A stretch of 64,000 nt of DNA, taken from contig OZ004613.1 in the NCBI GenBank assembly GCA_963924565.1, positions 20,956,001 to 21,020,000 of the forward strand. The letters run 5' to 3'. A model generated the notes under the pieces. The model saw nothing but the letters and a program-made list of their open reading frames with translations, did not search any database and was not told where the DNA came from. The stretch comes from Ascidiella aspersa. Lineage: Eukaryota. Each line of letters starts with the position of its first letter. Positions within the stretch are counted from its first letter, which is position 1. This document shows, in pieces, positions 1-10,316 of the stretch. Made by a program: the position numbers and the translations under genes.

Positions 1-1131
1 AGCCGATTTGAATGCGCCAGTAAGCAAACACACTCGATTTCGGCAGGCATGCAAAGTCGCGCCAAACAATAATCCCCTTAAATTTGTTCCGATGTGCGAT
101 CGTTATCGGATCAGGAATGCGCTGCTTTTTATGTAAGGGCAACTTGCATCCAAATGCCGAAGCGTCGTGCGTTAAACATTGATTTCACTCCTTTTGTGCC
201 ATTAGAGCATTTAAACGTATATATAGTCTTGCATTTTCTGTAAAAAGTCGGTGGATACCTTAATGAACAGTTGTAAAATATCTGACAACCTTGCCAACTT
301 ATTCGCAAGATAAACATGACCAAGGTAACATGTCTATTGAGGTTTTATTGCGAACTTCATATAAACAGCAATAATACACTTCTGTGTCGGGAATTCAGGT
401 AAAAAAACAAAATCAAATAAACATTGGCCTCAAAAGGAGCAAATAATGACGTTTAGTTGAAAGGCAAATATGTGATCAACTAGAACGTCTAGTTTAATTT
501 ACTAAACACTATTTTTGATTTATTTGTCCAAGCGTTTCGTTTAAATGCACACCCGCTATATTTGTAACAGTTGCCTAGTTCGTGATATTCTCTATTGCAC
601 CGTTTTGCAGAAAATATTCAAAACTAAAAATAGGGTCCCTTTTGTCGCGTGCACTTCAAAAACCGCAAAACGTCGAGTTAAAATTCCATGTTAAACGATT
701 AAACTTTCACGCCTAATGAGATCAACGATCAGTGGTGTTATTAGGTCACACATCGCTATTCTCCAGGGTCCCAGGCCTAATTCGGTGAAAACTACAGTTG
801 GGCCGCTTTCTCGAAGCAACAAGTTGGACGCGCGTCTGATTTAATCCAATTCCGGCTTGCAACGAGATGAGTTCTTCCGATTCCAAGAGGCGCTTGACCG
901 CTTCGAATCGCCATCGCCAACTGACTCGAGATTTAATATCACTGTGGGAACAGACAAGCGGTAAAGTTATTTCTGAATTCCAATATGAAATTCACACTAT
1001 TTCCGGGGATATCGCAAATTTTATAACAAAATCGCTTTAATAACACATTAGGCTTAATCATTTTAAACAAAGATTGAACTTAGTACAGAACTTAGTAAAC
1101 CAAAAATCGGTTTGTTTAGATGTTATAATAT

Positions 1132-1170
1132 GATAAATATATTTCGCTATTAAAAGCATCATCAGTATCT
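1132..1170 (-). ncRNA. Minimal type I hammerhead ribozyme motif with intact core
   Basis: Minus strand reads AGATA CTGATGA T GCT-tttaat-AGC GAAA TATA TT TATC. Stem I GAUA/UAUC, core CUGAUGA and GAAA, 3-bp stem II, palindromic AUAUAU stem III, AUU triplet. Confidence 0.6.
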
Positions 1171-2648
1171 AAAAACCGTTTGTTTTAGCCATTCGGGCAG
1201 ATTATGTTATTCGAAAAAAAATTCTGATCATTTTGAACAACTTAGACAAATTTAATGGCCTGTCCGTTGAACACAACACCGTTCTCGCGTATTTTTATAG
1301 CACAGCATTTGAGGTTTAAATCTGATCACGGCCAGCGACTCAACTTGGCCATAACAGCTTGTCAAGGGTGAAGATCGTGGCGGAACGTCACTGGCCTGTT
1401 GATGGGAACGGACGTTTTATGGCACTTCATTGCCCAATCACCGGTGCTCGATTTGTCGTTTGCGATTACGGCGCATCGCAACCGTGCACTTCGCTGCCGA
1501 GCAAAATCAAAATGACAGATGATTATCCGACAATCCGTCATAATGCCCGTATATGAATGGCGGTGTCGGCCCAATGTGCCGCATTATCAAATCAAGTGTT
1601 CCCTGTCGGATGACACGTTGGGCCTAATGCTCACATATTGGAAGAACGTCGCATAATCCCTCAGCTACGTTGGTCGTCCTGCAATAACCTCAACACTGGA
1701 GGGTAAGAAACTTTGTCAGTAGAAAAAAAAACAATTACTAACTGAAAGATTTAACTAAATAACTAAAAAAAAATATATCAAATAAACTCAACTTTGTCAA
1801 AACATTTCGTTGGCCGCTTAACTAATAAATTCGTTTGATTCTGACTTTATTCTTCTTTAATATTTTTTTAAATAGATTTGTTATTGTTTAAAACTTACTT
1901 ATAAGCTGGAAAATATAACTTTTTTTTTAATTTTTAACCTTAAAATATTATTTTTAGAATCCCCGTACCACATTTGGAAATTAAATTTCCTTATCTTCCG
2001 CATTTTTATTTTACAGGATAATCAAGTAGGACAAAGCACGATCGCCTTGGCTATGAGTGACCTTGGTGTATGCGGGCAAGGCCGTCGCATATGGCGACCA
2101 ATGTGGACCTGTTGGAATGGCCAATTTAACTAAGATTTAAGTACACCTACATCGATTTGCGCGGTGGCGGCGTTCAAAAATTGCCTCAGCTCGCTATAAT
2201 CACCCGTTGAGCGGCGTCGCGTTGTGCCGGCGAGAAGTTGCTACAGTGGAAATCAACTATACACGCCGCTGCGCCGAAGCGTCGCGAATAAGTGGCGGAT
2301 TAGGGAACGCGAAAAGCCGCTTTTCAAAAGGCGATTGGTCGATGCTAATTTTCCCTGATGCAGAGAATGGGTTGTGCCAAGTCCAAGCCAGAAAAAGGCC
2401 CTGCACGCGCCGAAACCCTTATTTATACCCGAAAGCAAGTATTTCGCGGTCACTTCTCCAAGATCAACCGCAGTGGTCCAGCATTTTGCAAACTGCATCC
2501 AGAGAGCCCAGATCAAAGCGAGGAGGAACCTGACAGTTTTACTTGAGCTTAAATACGCGTGTGAGAAAGTTTCAAAGCTAAAATAGGAGTTCACCTCAGA
2601 AGAAGAAATAAAATCAACAGATATAGGAGGAGTGAGAAAATTGCCGAA

Positions 2649-5600
2649 ATGGGAGATGCGATGATCAAATATGACGAGCGCTTCTGCAACAATAGTGATT
2701 GGAAGGACTTCGCAAGGGAAGATGTTAAAAAAATGCCTGTCAAAAGTGTTACAGGAAAAAAAAGTAAGCACGTTAAATGCGAAGTACACCAAACAAAATA
2801 TACTGGTCACAGTGATCTCAAAAAAACTTAATATTTAAAGGTTTTATCATGCCAAGTTACTTATATATTTTTTAAAACCGTTTTGTCAAATTTTAGATCG
2901 AATTCTCGACATCTTGTGTTGTGTGTGCGGAGACCGAAGTTCTGGAAAGCATTACGGGGTTTTTGCTTGCGACGGATGTAGCGGCTTCTTCAAACGGAGC
3001 ATTAGAAAAAGCCGAAAATACTTATGCAAGGTAAAAATCAGTTTGCTGGTTCCTTTTCGCATTAATATAAAATTTGTGAGACAAAGGTATTTTTGGAGTA
3101 AATGGTTGGAGGTTGTAGTACGACGTCATAATAATATCTAAGCCCATACAGAAGTAGGTATCATTTTGAACGTTTCGAATAACTCTTTATTCATTTTCAA
3201 CAAAGAGTTACTCGAAACTTTTAACAAGATACCTATACCTCTGTATGGGCTTTGAGATTCTTATGAAGGTATTTTGAATGTTTAAATAACGACAAAGGTA
3301 TTTTTAATGGTGGAACAATGACAAACACATTTTTAATGGTGGAATAACATGATTAAAAGGCAAAACCAAAAAACTAAAGAGGGCATGTTGCACTATTTTA
3401 TTAAACTCTTTTTTTATTTATTAAACAACGTTTATTACCAAGTCCACCAACAGTCTGAATATGTTTTCTCATTTCAATAAACAACTCGCTGTTTTCAGGG
3501 TAACGTTGATGGCCAGTGCAAGGTGGACAAAATACATCGAAACCAATGTCGAGCCTGTAGGCTGCAACGATGTCTAGCAGTTAATATGAATAAAGAAGCG
3601 GTTCAGGTAATTAAAAATAACAGCAATACAGTAATTCTTCCCACATATTTCAATAAACTATATTTTTTTAAATATTAGTCTTTTTAAAATCAGTTTACTC
3701 TTCACTAAACTACATATATGAAATTATGTTTATTATAAATAATTATAAAGGGCTGTTTCTTTATAAACCCGAAAGCTTTAGCAACAGAGCTTTGATTTTC
3801 GATCTTTTCTGCGACGTGTGTTTCAATGAACCAGGGACGCATTTTATTTTAACAGTAAAATACGTTCAGGGCTAATGTCTGAACCTCTATTTTAATCGGA
3901 TTTTCTAATATCAGTAAAACCAACGCCGTCCATAGTTCTACAAATATCCTTCATATTTAGTAAATGCAACAAAACATATTATAACATAGGTAAGTTTGGT
4001 TTACAAAAGTAACATTTTCGCCGCCATTTTATATACGTGCAGCATGAGCGCGGACCTCGAAACACCAGTGGCTTCCACGCCGACGTTAGCTCGCCCAATT
4101 TCGATCAACGGCGCCACTCTGCTGCAGATCGCAATACACGGTCCATGGAAACACTCGGCATGAATCTCAGCATTGGAGGTACGTTTTGGCTGAACGCAAT
4201 GCTCGTATTATCCTACAGTGTTCCGAAAATTTGGTTTGTAAAAAGAAACAAATTTTAAGCTAAATCAAAACTTCGGCAGTGTAGTGTCGAGTGGGTTGGT
4301 AGTATTATACGTTTTTTTAGGCATGTTTATGTTTAAAAGTGATACCTATTTCATTTTAATAATATAAATCACCTTGACCCTTGCAAGATAAATGTCGACC
4401 TTAATTCCTGATCAGTAACAGCAAAAAATACAGCAAAGCTAGCAATTCAGGTCAGACACAATAAACAGATCTTGAAAGATAAATATATATATTTTTTTTA
4501 GAATTTTATTTGAATAAGATATACTGACGGTGCCTTGATTGGAGAAATATATATATATATATATCTTTTAAGATCTGTTTATTGTGTCTGACCTGAATTA
4601 CTAGGTTTGCTAGAGTATTTTTCTGCTGTTACATTTTATTACTGAATAGGATTGTTGGGCAATTTACGAAGGTTTTATTAAAAGCAATAAGCAGTTCAAC
4701 ATTTATATGCAATATTTGCAGATTTATACATATCATTTTTCATGAATGGCAAAGAGCAGATTGACACAGCGCATCCTAATCTAATATTATACGATTAAAA
4801 ATTGTTCTTAATATTACGCTTAAATATTTTCAGTTTTCCATTATAGTGCTCTGTTTGCTAAGCTCGTGCAGAATTTCCAAATTAAATCAAGTTAAAATAC
4901 ATAGGGGTTATTTTCTATCACGTGATACATCATTGAAAAATACGCAAATAGCCGAAAAACTTACAAGATCAAATTACGCAGGAATAAACCATCGATCATC
5001 ACCACGATCCTCTGTAAGTGGAACACAATCTCCTGACACAACTACTCAACATAATTATCAAAACATCTCGCCATCCAAGCACAAGCATTTCTTTCAACCG
5101 CACAATGACGCTACAACGCCGCTTTTCGGTGGCTCTCCTCTTTCGGAATATATAAGATGCCTTGCTTCCTTCAACAATCTGGCAAACGGTAAAGTTTAAA
5201 CCCATATACTAAATTAGTGTAGTGGCGTACGAACGTAAAACCATTCACTATCAAATATAACAATTGCTAACAGTAATATAATGAGGATCAATATAATAGA
5301 ACAAGGTATAATCTGTACTACCAACTTGTAAAACTAGATTAAGGTAACACAAACAATGCTATAATTTTATTGGATTTTAACTGTTGTGCTTTTATTAGGA
5401 CAACAGCATCCAGTGGATCTATGTTTTGCCCAACAGCAGCTGTTGTCGTCTTTGGAAGGTTCTAATATAGCAAAGAGAACAAAACAAGACTTAGCGCCAA
5501 TCGTTTCGCCGTCAGCACACACTTTTGTTGACTTGTTTCAAAGGCATTTTGCTCATTTAGTTGCCCAACAACAGCAAACGCTTGCACCGGTTGGTGCTCC

Positions 5601-8600
5601 GTGGAGTGCAAATACCTCGGAAACCGCTAACATTCCAAGTTGGCCTATTCCAAGGTAATTTTAGCTCTTGTTGAATTTTCAATTTTAGTAATGATTATAA
5701 GGATACACTTGCCTCAACATATAAAAGGTTTGATAAACGTTCAAACTCAAATGTTTGATTGTTAGTTACTGCACCTAAACTACTTTGTTGATGAGAGTTT
5801 TTTTTTAGCTACATGAGCTATCAGAATAAAATACAAAATAGAAGACAAGAATATATTAAGCTACAATAATAAATATGAGCTGACACAATAATAATAAGAA
5901 CTGAAATAACATTAATTTCTATTACATCATATATAACTTATTCACTGAGTATATCGTTTTGAAATTTGATGTAACAAAATAGAAATTTTATCAAATCATT
6001 CCCTTTGCAGAACCGCAACAAGATTTCAAACCGAACATAAGGATTTCAGTCAATCGACAAACAATTGGTTTCAAAGTGCGAATAACAATCATATCCGTTC
6101 ACGGATAACTTCACCAGAAACAAATTCTAAACTTTTGACCAAATTAATTAACAGCAATAAGTTGAGCACGACCGCCTTGCGGGCCCTGTATAATGCTGTA
6201 AATTGGTGTTGTCAAACATTGCCTTTTGCAGCGATGCCCGCATCTGAACAGGTAAATGGTGCTTAGAAATGAAATAGCATATTGGTATCGAAATAAACTG
6301 TCAAGTATCGAACATCCCTAGCCAAAACCTTAGGTAGACTATAGTTTTATGGAGTATATTCAAACGGCACCCAACCTTTTACTAAAACAGTATTTTCAAA
6401 CACCGAAAATTCTCGCATTTCCCACTATTCCAGTCTTGCGATCAGCCGAACGAATTTGACTTTCAAAGTCTATATTGACCAAAAGCGTTCCTTTGAGATA
6501 AAAGTGCTTTCTGTCGGATTAGATCACTATATATATTTTGAACTGACAAAATTAGGAAGGCAAATTTAAAGTAAACTAGCTAACAATCAACCTAAAAACT
6601 GCTCCCCATTCAATGCGGTTTAGAAGCTTCTATTTTGTTTCAGCTTTCTCTTCTGCGCTCTAACTGGCCATCGCTAGTTGTTGTCGACATGGGTCATTCT
6701 GGAACTGCATCAGAATTTTTGAACTTACTACAGACCATTTCTTTTGCGGTTTGTCACCCAGGTAAGACACTTCTTTGTACATTTAATTTCGAAATCCTGG
6801 AGCCCAAAACAAATATAAGTTTACGCAAAGAGTCGATGACGCGTGAGATATACCAATATTATGAATTGGATTTATTCTGAAAGATCTCAAATCGATCATC
6901 CTTTGGGATTCAGACAGTTTCTAAGATTTTAATATGAGGAAACCTCCTGTTTTGGTAATTGAGTAATCTAGTCAAATACGTTTTGCCAACTTGGATGAAT
7001 AACACACCACAGACTTGTTTTTTGCACCCGAAAAAGAAAAGCATAGCCTAATGCATCCTGATCGTATAATGTCTTCCTAAACTCTCCCAGTATGCTATTA
7101 ATATAGTTGGCAGACTCCAGCAATAAAATGGAAATTATAACAATATTACAGTCGGAAAACAATACAGTTTGAAAAAAATAGAGCTAAAACCCAAAAGTCG
7201 GAATAACGTCTAAATCGGAAGTAGACATAAACCCATCGAAATTAGGCCTACTTGGCCAGAACAAAATCTAAACCCCAATCCCATCCCTAACTTTATCACT
7301 AACTCTCCTAATAATAGCCGTAAGTCAAATTCAAACCGCACCAATAACTTCAAGTAGGGGCAAGCATAACGGTGCTAAAACAGCGACACAACAAAGAAGT
7401 GTTCAAGTTCCGTTTTAATATAGGATGAATCTTGAACATGTTACAGGTACACTTTTAGTATAATATAATGTACTTACAGTTTGACTGAGATTTATTTAAA
7501 CGTCTTCTAAACCTTAATGCTGATAACATTTTAAAGCTGAAACGTTAAAAAATATTATCAATGTTTGCTATTGGACTTTTGACTATAATCTATACTGATC
7601 TGCAACAACTATATTAAAATCTAGAGGCGCCATCTCTTGAAAGGATAAACGTTCGACTCCACGGCGCCAATCAGCGACTACAAAAGTCACTAATTGCAGT
7701 GAGAAGTGTAGAGATGAAATTAACAGAACGTGACGTAGTCTTCGGTGTTTGCCTCCTGGGTAAGTCAACAATAGTATGTTACGCAAATTTATTGACAGTT
7801 CAGAGGCTATGTGCAGCATCCATAAATATGGGAGATCTCTATTTTATACCTTTTTTCTGCAGTTTTGTATTACATAAGATTTTGTGTTTGACGCCAGTTT
7901 TCTAACTGATTGCGAATTCCACGAGCCTAAGGTATTTTATTCTATAAGAGAATCTTAGGTACTTTTACAAAATAAATGTTGATAACAAGTCAAAACGTGA
8001 TATTTTTTGTTGGTTCTAATAAAATCATAGCATATTTCCCATAACGTTATACCAGGGGTCGGCAACCTTTTTCTATAGTCGCGGGCCAAAACCAAATTCA
8101 CAAAGGTCTCTGCGGGCCGCACAAAATGATCACTAAGAATTGTGTTATTAGCATTTTAGAACAACTGTGCATCAGGCGGGCCCCGGATCGTTTTTGCACT
8201 TAAAACGTGTTTATTTAAATTTGAGGAGACTGTAAAGTGTTGGCGCAAAGCGCGAAAAAAGGCGTTTGTTTGGTTCAAAATTCGAGTTCACACGTTGTCA
8301 TCCATACAACTAATGAAAAGTGTAATAACACTACTTTGGGGAACGCGATAACATTTAAGGTTAAGCTAGGTCAGCGTTTGTAAACGTTTGTAAGTGAAGG
8401 CAGAACTAGCGAGCGAAGCGAGCGCGATTTTTTTTGGTATACCGGTATTTCTTTTAATTTCTCGCAAGTTTTTATTACATTGCCGAAAATAAAAAATAAA
8501 AAAATTTAAAAAAAGATATGTCCAATATTGTGAAATACGTTTTCCGTTTTTCCGTGACGCACTTTGGCAGCTGTCCACCGCGCAACGGTAAAGAAGTGCT

Positions 8601-9587
8601 GATCTAGTAGAAACAAACAGCATCAAAACGTAAACAAACCGGACGTAGAAAGATCATTCGCGCGAAGTGCGAAAATTCTTCGCACTTATATAGTTAAAAT
8701 AGTCAAAAAGTAAGTGAAATAGGGTCTAATTTGTTAAAGAAGCGGCGGGCCGGATGAATTACATCGGCGGGCGGCCCGCGGACCTTAGGTTGCCGACCCC
8801 TGCGTCATACCATTGCCTTGTATGGTTTCACGCTTTTCATACTCTAAAGTCTAAATGTCTCAACATATTCAAATCCCATCCTGATATAAATTGTTTATTC
8901 TGTAGAATAACAACAAAAACGTGATTAAACTTTGCAACATGTGATGAGTAACAAAGCGTTTTTTAATAAGCATTTATGGCGGGAAATAAAACAGTTTGTA
9001 ATTCACTGTTCTAAATTTAAAATTCACTTACCAGGGCAATAAAGTGTAGGTCAAAAACCAAAAATACCTAAATTGACCCAAAATGATTTTTAGGACCGGG
9101 AACGAGCTACACCAAAGAAAGATCAAGTATTTGGAATAGGTTTCACTCCTCTCTAAAGGTTGCAGTCAGCGATCCGAGCGAGTTAATGGCAAGGTAGGAC
9201 GCTCGATTTTAATTTCAAACGAACATAAAACGAATAGAAAAGCATAAAATGTATTGTTCAAGTAACGAAAACCTGAAACTGGAAAGTTTCTTGAATAAAC
9301 CTTAAATATTTCAACCACTACTATACGAATATTTGAACTAAGCCAATAAAGTAATAATAAGTGGTAAAATGCATTGTCGCGTAATGTTAAAAGCGAAATG
9401 TATTCCAGTGTTTTAAGACCTTTGCTCGTTGCTTTGCAGGGAAACACAAATTAACTCGTTGATTGACAGCTTGCGACATTTGCGACAAGTAGATGTGGAG
9501 CAACTGTTCGGCGACCACTCAGCAAACCCGGGATTCGCCAAGAGTTTTGTGGAAAGCGTTCATTCGAATTTGCAACGCGATTTGTAA
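2649..9587 (+). CDS. NR2E1: Tailless/TLX-type orphan nuclear receptor (NR2E1-like), 11 coding exons, ~565 aa
   Basis: Exons 2649-2763, 2897-3030, 3499-3606, 4043-4178, 4982-5188, 5399-5654, 6011-6251, 6644-6761, 7625-7759, 9094-9193, 9440-9587. All introns are GT-AG, phases are consistent, total 1698 nt ending in TAA. The DBD reads [36 protein letters not shown]...[44 protein letters not shown], with the TLX-type P-box CDGCSG, 7-residue D-box and QHERGPR T-box. A diverged LBD is recognisable ([27 protein letters not shown]...[17 protein letters not shown]). AATAAA follows near 9677. Hinge and LBD exons are less certain than the DBD exons. Confidence 0.9.
3100..3265. repeat. Short interspersed palindromic repeat (MITE-like), 3 copies in the window
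   Basis: Internal inverted repeat aagcccatacagaagtaggtatc / gatacctatacctctgtatgggctt; homologous copies at ~26832-26970 (+) and ~53913-54004 (-). Confidence 0.7.
4389..4632. mobile_element. Fold-back element (probable non-autonomous Penelope-like remnant) with a degenerate hammerhead motif, in TLX intron 4
   Basis: Inverted arms ~4415-4491 and ~4556-4632, with an extra ~25-bp tail on the left arm. 4516-4567 reads AAGATATA CTGACGG T GCC-ttgatt-GGA GAAA (TA)n TATATCTT. A related copy lies at 34037-34212. Confidence 0.55.
8053..8802. mobile_element. hAT-type MITE (family A)
   Basis: TIRs caggggtcggcaacct / aggttgccgacccctg; 8-bp TSD cgttatac / cgtcatac; internal sequence homologous to 20890-21449 in the opposite orientation. 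Confidence 0.9.
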
Positions 9588-10316
9588 ATTGTTTCCGAAT
9601 GGCGCCTATAGGCTTTTCGGAATTCGCGTGTTAGAACGGCGCTGTGGTTGAGATAGCACCAGAGTTTTATTTTGCTAATAAAATGATGTTATACAATATG
9701 TCGATGGAAATTAGTCGTGCTGTACTTAAGCTATTATCATGTTATCTGAGAGTGAAAGTATAGTAGCTGAAATATTTCTACTCCGATTACTAAAATTGTT
9801 GCTAAAAACAAAATAAATACACCGTAAAATAGTTTCAAATTTTTTGAATGTTTTTATTTCAATGTTTATATTTGTAAGGGATATGTCTCAAATATAGCTC
9901 TTTTAACAAAGGGGTTATTACTAAACAAAAACCTTGTGGTCAGCCTGTGTATGCGACGATCTGTTCGTTTTAAGGCATTTCTAGTCAAGTCAACCTGCCC
10001 TTAAATCGTCCAGGAAGCAATATGTTTTACAATTGCAACGTTTTCTGTATTGCAATAACGTGGAAGGCTAGAAAGTCAAGAAAGAAAATGAATACATTTT
10101 CTAATAATACAGACGTGTTACTGAAAATTATGCTACTTCATTAGAGTGTAAACAGAAAAATAATGCTGCTATTTTGTATGTTTTCTGAAACAGCTCTGAG
10201 ATTTCAATATGGAATAACCGAGGATTTTGTTTTACAATTGAAATTTGTCAAATTAACAGAATTTAGGCAAAGGTATTTTTTTAAATAAAAAGGGAAACCA
10301 CTGTCGGAAATTTAAA

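Noticed and set aside
2253-2810. 185-aa minus-strand ORF
   Set aside because: It is the antisense shadow of the TLX 5' UTR and exon 1, with no recognisable domain.
2897-3606. Assignment as PNR/NR2E3 or COUP-TF
   Set aside because: The P-box is CDGCSG (PNR has CNGCSG, COUP-TF has CEGCKS), and the RILDI lead-in and D-box length match TLX.
8906-8950. Alternative terminal TLX exon after ttctgtag
   Set aside because: It gives an immediate stop, whereas exons 9094-9193 and 9440-9587 keep the frame and supply the expected final LBD helices.
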